Numbered from the stretch's first letter, positions 1-9,250 are shown. The stretch is DNA of 64,000 nt from Thermoanaerobaculia bacterium (GCA_963664405.1 OY761158.1:2912001-2976000); one strand, 5' to 3'. Numbers and translations are program-made. The notes: generated from the letters alone by a model not told the origin.

Positions 1-61
1 CATGACCGATGATCTCGGCCGGGAAGCGATGGCCTCGGTAGCTGGATTCGCTGTTGTTCAT
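1..61 (-). CDS. IS6-family transposase, N-terminal 20 codons (partial)
   Basis: ATG at 61 gives MNNSESSYRGHRFPAEIIGH, matching the IS6 N-terminal Y(R/K)GHRFPxEII motif; absent from the ORF track. Confidence 0.75.
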   Translation of the reverse strand, partial: MNNSESSYRGHRFPAEIIGH

Positions 62-101
62 GGGCCAACTCTGGCAGCCCGGGGCTCAAGTTGACAGTAC
101 C
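1..101 (-). mobile_element. IS6-family insertion sequence, left end (continues off the window start)
   Basis: Minus strand from 101 reads GGTACTGTCAACTT, an IS6-type terminus, followed 40 bp later by an IS6-like transposase start. Confidence 0.75.
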
Positions 102-266
102 CTGCGACGACCCCCCAGATATCGCCAGGCTCTGCCGTCTGCGTGGGTGTACCGTAGGTCGAGACTCCAGGACGCCAGCGCGCAGAAGAAGTAGGAGCCG
201 AGCAGTTAGTATTGATAGTTGGTTACACCTTTACGCCTAATTGATATATTGGTAGATTCATTAGCG

Positions 267-539
267 ATGGCGCTCAATCTCAAGAACAAAGAAGTGGAAG
301 AGCTGGCTGCCGAGGTGGCCGAGTTGGCCGGCGAAACGAAGACAGAGGCCATACGGCGGGCGCTGGCGGAGCGCCGCGAGCGGATCGAGTTTCATGTCCG
401 TGACCAGTCCCGAGCCGGCAGCTTTATGAACTATCTCGAGCACGAAGTGTGGCCTCGCGTCGATCCCGCGAAGTTGGGCACCGCGATCCGGAAAGAGGAG
501 ATTGAACAGATCCTCGGTTACGGGCCCGACGGCGTATGA
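267..539 (+). CDS. vapB: Type II antitoxin VapB (Rv0623-like)
   Basis: MALNLKNKEVEELAAEVAELAGETKTEAIRRAL...EQILGY; ATGA overlap with the downstream PIN gene; start moved to ATG 267. Confidence 0.85.
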   Translation: MALNLKNKEVEELAAEVAELAGETKTEAIRRALAERRERIEFHVRDQSRAGSFMNYLEHEVWPRVDPAKLGTAIRKEEIEQILGYGPDGV

Positions 540-922
540 TCGTCGATAGCTCAGTCATCCTGTCTCTCGTGCTACGTGAGCCGGTGTCCCAGGAGCTCCT
601 GGCTAAACTGGCGGCGACCTCGTCCATCGCTATCGGAGCGCCGACTCTTGCAGAGGCCAGCCTTGTCATTCGGGGCCGATTGAACGTCGACCCTGTGCCG
701 ATTCTGGATCGGTTCTTGCGCGATTTTCAGGTCACGGTCGTCAGCTTCACCGAGGCGCACTGGCGCGAAGCCGCCGATGCGTTCGCGCGCTATGGCAAGG
801 GGCGTAACGCCGCAGCGCTCAATTTTGGCGATTGCATGTCCTACGCCGTCGCCAGGTTGGCTGACGTGCCGCTTCTCTTCGTTGGCGACGACTTCAGTCG
901 AACCGATATCGCGGTGGCCTGA
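536..922 (+). CDS. vapC: VapC PIN-domain ribonuclease toxin
   Basis: MIVDSS N-terminus; LNFGDCMSYA and LLFVGDDF PIN motifs. Confidence 0.92.
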   Translation: MIVDSSVILSLVLREPVSQELLAKLAATSSIAIGAPTLAEASLVIRGRLNVDPVPILDRFLRDFQVTVVSFTEAHWREAADAFARYGKGRNAAALNFGDCMSYAVARLADVPLLFVGDDFSRTDIAVA

Positions 923-926
923 GCGC

Positions 927-968
927 GAAACCGGGCCGGACGAAGTTGCGATCGTGGACTACCACTGA
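927..968 (+). pseudogene. higB: 3' remnant of HigB (RelE-family) toxin
   Basis: ETGPDEVAIVDYH* matches the HigB C-terminal (V)EIVDYH* signature and lies just upstream of higA; no N-terminal part is present. Confidence 0.7.
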
Positions 969-979
969 GGGCATCCACC

Positions 980-1294
980 ATGGTTCGCATTCCAACCCAT
1001 CGCGCACCCACCCATCCCGGAGAGATGCTGCTCGAGGAGTTCCTCAAGCCCCTGGAGCTCACCCAAAGCGAGCTTGCCGAGAAGATCCATGTGCCCTACC
1101 AGCGGATCAACGAGTTGGTGAACGGGAAGCGTGGCATCACGCCGGCCACAGCCTTGCGGCTGGCGAAGTTCTTCGGCATGTCCGCCGGTTTCTGGATGAA
1201 CCTCCAACTACGCTGGGATCTCTTTCACGCGCAACGAGCGGAGGCGGAAGCGCTGAAGAGAATCAGGAAGATCCGGCGGCCAGTGGAAGTGTGA
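980..1294 (+). CDS. higA: HigA-family HTH antitoxin
   Basis: PTHPGEMLLEEFL, RINELVNGKRGITPATALRLAKFFG, FWMNLQ. Confidence 0.93.
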   Translation: MVRIPTHRAPTHPGEMLLEEFLKPLELTQSELAEKIHVPYQRINELVNGKRGITPATALRLAKFFGMSAGFWMNLQLRWDLFHAQRAEAEALKRIRKIRRPVEV

Positions 1295-1300
1295 TGAGAC

Positions 1301-2548
1301 CTACTGCGCCATGCGGAGCCGTATGCCGAAGACCCAGATCGAGTCTTCGGTGGGGTTGAGTGCCGGGTCGAGGAGCAGCTGGATGTCGGGAGTGAGGACG
1401 ATCTGGTCGGCAAGAGAGATGCGGTAGAAGACCTCGAGGCCGAGCTGCTCGTCGAGCCCCGGGTCGTAGGTCGCATCGTTGGGGTCGCCCCAGTTGACGC
1501 CGAAAGCGAGAAGGTCGCGGCCCGGTACCGTCTCGTAACCGACACCGGCACTGAGCGAGGTCTCGAGGCGAGCGCCGCCGTCGTCGGCCCAGCCGACCTT
1601 GACGAAGGGTGTCCACCGCTCCTTCACCGGGCGGGTGTAGCCGAGATTGAGGCCCCAGCCCTCAGGTAGGCCACGCCGCACTCTCCGGTCCATGTGCCAG
1701 AGGGTGAGGTGGACGTTGTCTTTGAAGATGCGGTCCCGCGAGGTGGTGAAACCCACTTCGACGGACTTGAAGTACTCAGCATCGTCGAAGAAGGTGTCGA
1801 AGGTCTCGAGCGGGTCGGTGGGGTCGGAGTTGGCGTCGCCGAGGCCGGCGATGAGATAGACCTGATCAGTGAGCATCGCTCCCGCCGCGACACCGAGAAA
1901 GGCGTCGTTGGGGATCTCGAGGGTGAGGCCACCGGTACCGAAGGCGAAATTCATGAATTGGGTGAAGGGGCTGCCGAGAGGGGAGATATCGACATAGTCG
2001 CGGATGTCGAGCAGCCCGCCGTAAATGGAGACGCGTCCGCCGGCGAGACGCTGGCGCCAGTAGAAGTTGGTGAGTCGGGTCCCCTGGTTGCTGAAGGGTG
2101 CCTGGAACGTGCCGACGTTGCCGATCTCCAGGCTGAATGAGTTAGGCGTGCCGGCCGTGTAGCGGTGGCGGTCTTCGACCTTCCACACCAGAGCTCCGCT
2201 GTTCGCCGAACCGCGCCCGGTGAGCTCCCACGAGCCCATGAAGCGGGCGATGCCGCTGCCAGCTTCGTCGCGTCCGAGACTCTCGTCGGAAGAGAGGTAG
2301 GCGCCGGTATAGTCGAAGCCGAAAGAAAAGCCTGTCCTCTCCTTGAGGTCCTTCTTGTAGTCGAACCAGCGGTCGAGAAACTCCAGCCGCCCCAGCGGCT
2401 CGCTGGGCTCGGCGTCGTCCTCGAGTTGGGTCTCGACCGAGTCGGGGCCACCGAAATTGGGTGGTTTCGCCGCGTCAGAATCCCCCTGGGCCGGAAGCCG
2501 CGCAGGCAGCGCGATGAGGGCGACAAGGGCCCACGAGCTCCGGCTCAC
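1301..2548 (-). CDS. Carbohydrate-selective porin (OprB-like) beta-barrel
   Basis: Signal peptide after GTG 2548 (GTGA overlap with upstream stop); C-terminal LEVFYRI...LTPDIQLLLDPALNP...WVFGIRLR. Confidence 0.75.
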   Translation of the reverse strand: MSRSSWALVALIALPARLPAQGDSDAAKPPNFGGPDSVETQLEDDAEPSEPLGRLEFLDRWFDYKKDLKERTGFSFGFDYTGAYLSSDESLGRDEAGSGIARFMGSWELTGRGSANSGALVWKVEDRHRYTAGTPNSFSLEIGNVGTFQAPFSNQGTRLTNFYWRQRLAGGRVSIYGGLLDIRDYVDISPLGSPFTQFMNFAFGTGGLTLEIPNDAFLGVAAGAMLTDQVYLIAGLGDANSDPTDPLETFDTFFDDAEYFKSVEVGFTTSRDRIFKDNVHLTLWHMDRRVRRGLPEGWGLNLGYTRPVKERWTPFVKVGWADDGGARLETSLSAGVGYETVPGRDLLAFGVNWGDPNDATYDPGLDEQLGLEVFYRISLADQIVLTPDIQLLLDPALNPTEDSIWVFGIRLRMAQ

Positions 2549-3542
2549 TTCTTCCCCCAAGGGAGCTTGATCACTGGAGCGACCGAGAACGAGAGCTGCC
2601 ATTTCGGGCCGAACAGGTCGGGGGCCTCGACGAAGTACCAGATCTGGCCGCTGAACTTCCACGGGATACCCCCCATGAAGGCGGTCTTGGAGAGGCCGGT
2701 GGCGAGCGGCAGGGTCCAGTCTTCGGTGTCGTGGTTGAAGGAAAAGGTGGGGCCGGCGGCGATCTGCCAGCCCTTGGGCATTGAGATGGCGTAGAAGTAC
2801 TGCCCGCCGGTGACGTCGACGTTGTTGCGGCCGCCGATGTCCCAGGACTGGGTGATGAGCGCGCCGAAAACACCCCACTTGGTGATCTTTCCGAGGGCGA
2901 ACTCGGGCCCCGCCGTCCACTCGCCCTCGAGGTCCTTGTCGGTTGCAGAGGGGATGCCCCCGACCATTCCGGCAAAGTAGAGGATGCCCGACGGCAGGGT
3001 CTTGCCGTAGGCCACGTCGAAGCCGATATTCCCCAGGTTGACGCCCGCATCCACGAAGTCGAAGCCCACCCTCGGAAAAGGGGCGCTGGAGTGACACCCG
3101 TCAACGACGGGAGGGGCTGCTTGAAGTGGATCGGGATCGCCGGCCGTATCAAGAGGTTCCCTCCGCTCTTCAGGGGGTACGGCAGGCCAGGCTGGAAGAG
3201 GTAAGTGAGGCCGGGCTCGTCATCGGCACCTGGGAGCTTGCCGTCGAATTGGACGAAGTCGAGGCGGCTGGTCAGAGAGGCGGTGGCCCCGGCCGGGTTC
3301 GACAGCTCTTTCGCGATCTCGTCGGCGGTCTTTTCGGCGGCCGGCGGTGCCGTTGCCAGTCCCCCCAGCTCGACCGGGAAGAGAGTCGAAAGCCGCTCGA
3401 AGCCGGGTGCGAGAGTTTCCGTCGCGTTCTCGCCGGCGGTCGCCGGGGCGATCGCAAGGAGGAGTGACAGAGCGCATGCAAACCCGAGCGTGGGGGCTTG
3501 GTTATAAGCGCGTCGCTGTTTCGTCACTGTTTCTCCCTTCAT
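2545..3542 (-). CDS. Putative outer-membrane beta-barrel protein with a single frameshift at ~3076-3083
   Basis: Signal peptide plus EIAKELSNP..FQP..RPAIP in frame 2571..3542 continues as GNIGFD..PSATD..GPE..WTLPL in frame 2545..3069; one extra base in the A4/G4 run joins the frames. Confidence 0.65.
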
Positions 3543-3719
3543 GGCCGCGACCGACGAAGGTCGGCGAAACTCCAGACTCTATCGTGTTCCTTCACTCAAA
3601 TCCTCGCTCAGGCATCACGGTCGTGCTTGCCATCTGGCGCCACGCAGCAGTGGTCGCCGGCTAGCAGTGAGAGCTACTTGTCGCCAATCACTCGGCGTTG
3701 TCGGCGGCTGCCGGCTCGT

Positions 3720-3741
3720 TGTTATAACATCCGTGATAACA
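3720..3741 (+). promoter_or_regulatory. Putative autoregulatory operator of the abrB-doc module
   Basis: Perfect palindrome TGTTATAACA (3720-3729) plus a degenerate copy GTGATAACA upstream of the GGAGG SD. Confidence 0.55.
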
Positions 3742-3761
3742 TAGAGATGGAGGTTTTACGC

Positions 3762-3989
3762 ATGCTCGAGCTCAAAGTACGCAAGGTCGGAAACTCTCTA
3801 GGGATGGTGTTGCCGCGAGAAGCTGCGAGTCGCTTGCGCGTCACCGCTGGAGACAGTGTATTTCTCTGCGAGACTCCCGAGGGGGGCTATGTCATCACCT
3901 CCTACGATCCCGACTTCCAAACAAAGATGGAGAAAGCCGAGGGGATCATGGACCGCTACCGCAACACCCTGCGTGCCCTCTCCAAGTGA
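3762..3989 (+). CDS. AbrB/MazE-family antitoxin
   Basis: MLELKVRKVGNSLGMVLP swapped-hairpin motif; C-terminal YRNTLRALSK; SD GGAGG; GTGA overlap with doc. Confidence 0.88.
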   Translation: MLELKVRKVGNSLGMVLPREAASRLRVTAGDSVFLCETPEGGYVITSYDPDFQTKMEKAEGIMDRYRNTLRALSK

Positions 3990-4384
3990 GTGATCCGATT
4001 TGGCTGGAAGAGCGCGAGATTCGGGCGATCCACGACTTCCAGTTGTCGGAGCACGGTGGCGCTTCAGGGATTCGCGACATCGGTCTGTTGCAATCCGCCC
4101 TCGCTCGACCGAAGCAGCTACACGCATACGAGGCGCCCGACATCCCGGCCCGGGCCGCGGCGACCACTGCTGGGATCGTGCGCAACCACCCGTTCGTCGA
4201 TGGCAACAAACGCACCGGTTTCGTTGCCGGCGTCCTTTTCCTGGAACTGAACGGCCTCCGTTTCACCGCTGAGGAGGCCGAAGCGACTCGAGCGGTATTG
4301 GATCTGGCTTCGGGCAGCTGGGACGAGGGCCACTATGCCGCGTGGTTGCGGATGAAAACGGAGAAGGCAGCCGGCACCGGTTAG
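3986..4384 (+). CDS. doc: Doc/Fic-family toxin
   Basis: HPFVDGNKRT Fic/Doc motif; GIRDIGLLQSALARP. Confidence 0.92.
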   Translation: MSDPIWLEEREIRAIHDFQLSEHGGASGIRDIGLLQSALARPKQLHAYEAPDIPARAAATTAGIVRNHPFVDGNKRTGFVAGVLFLELNGLRFTAEEAEATRAVLDLASGSWDEGHYAAWLRMKTEKAAGTG

Positions 4385-4747
4385 TCCCTGTTGATGGCTG
4401 CGAGAAAGCGCATCCCGTTGGCTGCGAGCGCAGTTTCCGGGATGGAGTGAGCTGAGGGCTTCGCGACCGCGGGAAAGCTAGGCCTTCTTCAGGAAGGGCG
4501 GCATCATCCCGCCGGAACGGCGGTCCGGGTGCGTGGTCCCGGCGGCGTGTTTGCGGTCGGAAGAGATGCGTGAGTCGGTGTAGGGCTTTGCAGTGCGGGC
4601 TCTGCTCTGATAGAGCAGGCCGACCAGAGACGGCGAGAGCCCGGGAAAGCGAAGTAGAAAACGCCCCGGGCTCTGCCCCAAACCGCAGCATTAGCTGCGC
4701 TTGCAGTATGGCAGAGAGTCGGGGTCGTCGTCGAATGGGAGGCGACG

Positions 4748-5143
4748 ATGCGACCGGACTACCGACTCTTCGACTGTGCTCGATGCCGTCGGCGTATCTC
4801 GCTGTGCTCGCACTGTGACCGTGGCCAGCGTTACTGCCGGGCTTGTGCTCTGGTGGCTCGTCGGGAATCGACTCGGGCGGCCGGCCATCGGTACCAGCGA
4901 AGCCTCCGAGGTCGGCATTGTCATGCCGCCCGTCAGGCCCGCTACCGTCGGCGCCAGCGCGAGCGGGCAGAGAAAGTGACGCATCAGGGTACCCCAGGCG
5001 GTACTTCGGGGAGGACACTGTGTCGGATCGAGACTCCGAGGCGCGAAGTGCGCTACGACCCGAGGAATCCGCGATGCATGCAGTGTGGAGAGGCCTGCCG
5101 AGAGTTTGTGCGAACGAGCTTTCGTCGTTGCCGACGGAGATAG
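4748..5143 (+). CDS. Cys/Arg-rich putative zinc-binding accessory protein inside IS21
   Basis: CxxC pairs (CARC, CSHC, CRAC, CMQC), very basic, SD GGGAGG, ends 4 nt before the istA start. Confidence 0.7.
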   Translation: MRPDYRLFDCARCRRRISLCSHCDRGQRYCRACALVARRESTRAAGHRYQRSLRGRHCHAARQARYRRRQRERAEKVTHQGTPGGTSGRTLCRIETPRREVRYDPRNPRCMQCGEACREFVRTSFRRCRRR

Positions 5144-5147
5144 GGGC

Positions 5148-6656
5148 GTGATCGACGCACAGCTGCGCGGGGAGATCCGTCGTCTGTTCCTGGTCGAGAA
5201 GTGGAAAGTCGGCACGATCGCTCGACAGCTACAGCTGCACCCCTCAACCGTGCGCCGGGCGCTGGAGAAGTCCGGCGTGCTACCCCAGCAGCGACGAGGG
5301 AGGATGATCGATCCTTACCTGCCGTTCATCGAGCAGGTGCTCGGGACCTACCCACGACTGCCGGCGAGCCGTCTCTACACCATGGTGGTGGAGCGCGGCT
5401 ATCCAGGAGGCCCGGATCAGTTTCGCCACCTGGTGGCCTCGATGCGACCGAAGCCCCAGCGCGAGGCGTTTCTCTCGCTGCGCATGCTGCCAGGAGAGCA
5501 GGCGCAGGTCGACTGGGGCCACTTCGGTCGGCTCCGCGTCGGCCGGGCACATCGTCGGCTCTATGCCTTCGTCTTCGTGCTGTCGTTCTCGCGCACGGTC
5601 TTCGTGCACTTCACCCTCGACACTCGTCTCGAAACCTTCTTGCACGCTCACCAGCTGGCCTTCCACTACGTCGACGGCGTCGTCAGGACCGTTCTGTACG
5701 ACAACCTGCGAACCGCGGTGATCGAGCGGCAGGGAACCGCGGTGCGCTTCCATCCCGTGCTGCTCGATTTCGCCAGCCACTACGGCTTCCTTCCCACCGT
5801 CGCCGCGGTGGCTCGGGGAAATGAGAAAGGCCGCGTCGAGCGCGCAATCCGCTTCCTGCGAAGCTCGTTCTTCGGCGCCCGAACGGTGAGCGATTTGGAT
5901 CGTCTGAATCGGCAGGTCCTGGAATGGTGCCAGAGGTCGCAGCGCAGACCCTGGCCGCAGGACCGACAGCGAACCGTGAAAAGCGCCCTGGCCCAGGAAC
6001 GACCTCGACTGCTTGAGCTTCCCGGAGACGACTTCGAAACCGACCTGCGACTGGAGATCAAGGTCAGAAAGACGCCGATCGTGCGCTTCGACCTCAACGA
6101 CTACTCGGTGCCGCACAGTCATGTGCAGAGGACCGTCACGCTCCTCGCCAGCGAGCATCGGGTGCGGATCCTCGATGGCCAGGAGCTCCTCGCCGAGCAC
6201 CCTCGCTCGTACTCCCGGGGCGAGCAGATCCTCGATCCTCAACACCTCGAGGAGCTCCTCGCTCACAAACGCAGGGCCCGACGACACCGGGGCTTCCATC
6301 GGCTGTTTTCCGCTGTGCCTCGATGCGAAGAGCTGATGCAGCAGCTCGCCGAGCGAGGCGAGAACCTCGGAACGCAGACCGCCGGCCTGCTCCGACTCCT
6401 GCGCCAGTACGGCCCCCAGCGACTCGACAAAGCCGTGCGCGAAGCGCTCCTGAACCACGCACCGCGATTCCAGTCCGTCCGGCTCCTACTCGAACGGCAC
6501 CAGCGCGGCCTCGGTCAGCCCCCGGCTTTACCGGTGCCGCTCAGCCAGGAGCTCCAACAGCGAGATCTCTCCGTGAGACCGCACAACCTCGAGGACTACG
6601 ACCAACTTGGAGGCAACGACGATGGCCCGACCCAGGAAGAGTCCAACGATCCCTGA
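5148..6656 (+). CDS. istA: IS21 transposase IstA
   Basis: N-terminal HTH; DDE motifs QVDWGH, YDN, KGRVER; GTG start at 5148. Confidence 0.95.
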   Translation: MIDAQLRGEIRRLFLVEKWKVGTIARQLQLHPSTVRRALEKSGVLPQQRRGRMIDPYLPFIEQVLGTYPRLPASRLYTMVVERGYPGGPDQFRHLVASMRPKPQREAFLSLRMLPGEQAQVDWGHFGRLRVGRAHRRLYAFVFVLSFSRTVFVHFTLDTRLETFLHAHQLAFHYVDGVVRTVLYDNLRTAVIERQGTAVRFHPVLLDFASHYGFLPTVAAVARGNEKGRVERAIRFLRSSFFGARTVSDLDRLNRQVLEWCQRSQRRPWPQDRQRTVKSALAQERPRLLELPGDDFETDLRLEIKVRKTPIVRFDLNDYSVPHSHVQRTVTLLASEHRVRILDGQELLAEHPRSYSRGEQILDPQHLEELLAHKRRARRHRGFHRLFSAVPRCEELMQQLAERGENLGTQTAGLLRLLRQYGPQRLDKAVREALLNHAPRFQSVRLLLERHQRGLGQPPALPVPLSQELQQRDLSVRPHNLEDYDQLGGNDDGPTQEESNDP

Positions 6657-7416
6657 CGAACCACTACGAGAGCTCGCCCGATCCCTCGGCTTCTACGCCC
6701 TCGTCGACGACTGGGGCACCTACCGAGAACAGCCCTGGCTCGAACAGCTGCTGCGCAAAGAAGAGGCCGAGCGCAAACGGCGCAGCCTCGAACGGCGCAT
6801 CCGCACCAGCCGCGTCGGGCTCTTCAAGAGCATCGCCGACTTCGACTTCTCCTGGCCCCAGCGCATCGACCGCGAGCAGATCCAGGATCTGCTCACCCTC
6901 CAATTCCTCGACGACATCACCAACGTCATCCTCCTCGGACCCAACGGTGTCGGCAAGACCATGATTGCCAAGAACCTCCTCTACCAGGCGCTGCAACGAG
7001 GGGCCACCGCCAGCTTCGTCACCGCCTCCGACATGCTCAACGATCTCGCCGTCCAGGAAACCCCCTCGGCGCTCCAGAGAAGGCTCTCCAAATACACCCG
7101 ACCCTCGCTTTTGGCAATCGATGAGCTCGGCTATCTCTCCTACGACCACCGCCACGCGGATCTCCTCTTCGAGGTCGTCTCCAGGAGATACGGCAACAAG
7201 CCCATTCTTCTCACCACCAACAAGCCCTTCGCCGAATGGGCCGAGGTCTTTCCCAACGCCTCCTGCGTCGTCACTCTCGTCGATCGACTCACCCACCACG
7301 CCGAGATCGTCAAGATCGAGGCTAACTCCTATCGCCGCAAGGAGGCCAAGGAGGCTGCTGAAAAAAAGGCCAAGGACCGCGCCAAAAGGCGGAGCGCAGC
7401 ACGACGACGCTCATGA
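6622..7416 (+). CDS. istB: IS21 helper AAA+ ATPase IstB
   Basis: DFDFSW, Walker A GPNGVGKT, Walker B LAIDELGY, TTNKPF, DRLTHH, SYR. Confidence 0.95.
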   Translation: MARPRKSPTIPDEPLRELARSLGFYALVDDWGTYREQPWLEQLLRKEEAERKRRSLERRIRTSRVGLFKSIADFDFSWPQRIDREQIQDLLTLQFLDDITNVILLGPNGVGKTMIAKNLLYQALQRGATASFVTASDMLNDLAVQETPSALQRRLSKYTRPSLLAIDELGYLSYDHRHADLLFEVVSRRYGNKPILLTTNKPFAEWAEVFPNASCVVTLVDRLTHHAEIVKIEANSYRRKEAKEAAEKKAKDRAKRRSAARRRS

Positions 7417-7769
7417 CCCGAAGCCACTATCGGCGCCAGCTCCTCCGCCTCTATCGACTCCTTCCCGACACCCCGCACCGCTTCCACCACGGCGACCGCG
7501 TCATCGTCGACCAGCTCTTCGACCAAGACCTGCCTCTCACCGTCCTCCAGGCCGCCCTCCTCCTCGGCTCCGCCCGACGCGCATGCCGAGATCCGCGCCT
7601 ACCAAAGCTCCAGCCCATCCGATCCCTCGCCTACTTTCTCCCCATCCTCCGAGAACTCCCCACGACGCCACCCCCCGAGGGGTACCTCGACTATCTGCGC
7701 CACACCCTGAGTCACGCCTCGCGGGGACAAAAAACCGACTCGCAGCCAACTAAGTGCGCTTTCTCGTAG
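7413..7769 (+). CDS. Hypothetical accessory protein inside IS21 (118 aa)
   Basis: ATGA overlap with the istB stop; its own stop lies inside IRR. Confidence 0.65.
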   Translation: MTRSHYRRQLLRLYRLLPDTPHRFHHGDRVIVDQLFDQDLPLTVLQAALLLGSARRACRDPRLPKLQPIRSLAYFLPILRELPTTPPPEGYLDYLRHTLSHASRGQKTDSQPTKCAFS

Positions 7770-7989
7770 CCGGTAACAGTCCCCAAGAGAAAGCCAAGGC
7801 TCTGGCCAGGGCCCTCGAGTGCCACCCGGAGTCATGGGGTTCGTCTCGGCGAGGCCACCGCGCAAGTGCTGGGCCTGGCAGCGCTCATCGAGGCCAGGAC
7901 CGCTGCGGGAAGAGAGAAGGATCTGGCGGCTCTTCCGGTGTTGCGTCGAACCCTCGAGCTCATAGGTGAAAGAAGAGTCAAGGACGTCG

Positions 7990-8478
7990 CTACAGAGTGT
8001 TCTTGTAGATCTTGCCGTCCTTCATGATCACCCGCATGGTCTCGATGCCGTCTCGTGGTGGCGCATCAGACCACTTTTCGTTACCGCCAATGGCACTAAT
8101 GTCTTCGAGCGGATTGCCATCCACCAGCAGAATGTCCGCATAGGCGCCCGCCTCTATGACACCGAGCTTGCCCTCATAGTAGGGGTTCAGCACATCACCG
8201 GACAGAGCGACGATCTCTCCGTTCACTGACGTCATGGATTTGAGCGCGAAGAAATTGCCAAGGAATTTCGCGGACAAGAAGATCTCGTGATCCGTCTGTT
8301 TCTTGCAGGAGGCGATACCCTCCACACAGTCCGAGCGGAATCCGAACTTCGGTTTCGTAGCATTGACATGCTTGATGAAGTCCACAAAGGCAGCCTGCGC
8401 GGTCGCCGCCTTTCGTGCCGATGCGGGGCTCGAGCTGATAGCTTCAATCTTGCCCAGCTCCGGCGAAAACGCGTGCAT
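7990..8478 (-). pseudogene. C-terminal fragment of an amidohydrolase-family protein
   Basis: GKLGVIEAGAYADILLVDGNPLEDI...VIMKDGKIYKNTL is the typical amidohydrolase C-terminus; the N-terminal metal-binding half is missing. Confidence 0.75.
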
Positions 8479-8577
8479 GTTCCTTCCGGCGCTGGACCGG
8501 CGTGCCTCCCAGCGCCTTCCGGGCTAGAGGCCACTCGACCTGATCACCACCGCCGCGTGCCGCCTGAGACTCGACGC

Positions 8578-8976
8578 CTACGACAGAGTGGGTACGAGCT
8601 CGGCGTCGATGATGCGTCGATCGTGGGTGAGCAGCGTCGCCCCGTGAACCTTGGCCGTTGCCACCAGAATCCCATCCGCCGGATCACGATGGAAAGTGTC
8701 TGGTAGAGCGGCCACTTCCGAGGCGACCGCCGGCGTGATCGAGAGCAGACGCACCAAGGGCGCGGCTGTCGCCTTCTCGAGCCATTCGCGGATCGGCAAG
8801 GCCAGCCGGATCCTGCCCAGACTGGCCAGGGTCGCAACCTCCCAGAGGGTGATGTCGGATACCAACAGGGGCTCGTCCTCGCGCTCTCCTTCGACCACCC
8901 TCCGCTGCGCATCGGAGAGCCGCGAGCCATCGCTGAACCACCACAGCAGCACGTGGGTGTCGAGTACGTAGCTCAC
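8578..8976 (-). CDS. vapC: VapC PIN-domain toxin
   Basis: YVLDTHVLLWW, TLWEVA, HRDPADGILVATA, LLTHD; GTG 8976 overlaps the antitoxin stop. Confidence 0.9.
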   Translation of the reverse strand: MSYVLDTHVLLWWFSDGSRLSDAQRRVVEGEREDEPLLVSDITLWEVATLASLGRIRLALPIREWLEKATAAPLVRLLSITPAVASEVAALPDTFHRDPADGILVATAKVHGATLLTHDRRIIDAELVPTLS

Positions 8977-9221
8977 GATTCGTGTGACTCGGCCAACGAC
9001 TCCCAAGCCGACTCCGGCAGAACCGGCTCCACGATGTCGCCAAGCACCTCGACCGACCCGGCGAGGGTGTCCTGGGGGTGCTCCGCCTCCGATACCGCAG
9101 GTACGACTCGTGCCACCGGTTTGCCGCGTTTGAGGACGACCAGACTCTCCCCGGTCTCAGCCACTTGGTCGAGAAGCGCCAGACAGCGGGCTTTGAATTC
9201 CGAGGCGTTGATGGTCACCAT
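8973..9221 (-). CDS. Phd/YefM-family antitoxin
   Basis: INASEFKARCLALLDQV...VLKRGKPVARVVP. Confidence 0.92.
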   Translation of the reverse strand: MVTINASEFKARCLALLDQVAETGESLVVLKRGKPVARVVPAVSEAEHPQDTLAGSVEVLGDIVEPVLPESAWESLAESHES

Positions 9222-9223
9222 TT

Positions 9224-9245
9224 GACTAGTCTATGTGACCAGTCA
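9224..9245 (-). promoter_or_regulatory. Putative Phd-type tandem operator
   Basis: Palindromes GACTAGTC (9224-9231) and TGACCAGTCA (9236-9245) immediately upstream of the phd ATG. Confidence 0.55.
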
Positions 9246-9250
9246 TAAGG

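Larger units (their letters stand above)
4389..7778 (+). mobile_element. Complete IS21-family element (3390 bp) with four ORFs
   Basis: IRL TGTTGATGGCTGCGAGAAAGCGCATCCCGTTGGCTGCGAG vs IRR (rc) TGTTACCGGCTACGAGAAAGCGCACTTAGTTGGCTGCGAG; TSD GTCCC at 4384-4388 and 7779-7783; contains istA and istB. Confidence 0.93.

Noticed and set aside
2549-3097. N-terminal extension of the 598-aa ORF 1301..3097
   Set aside because: Shadow frame of the upstream gene; the real start with a signal peptide is GTG 2548
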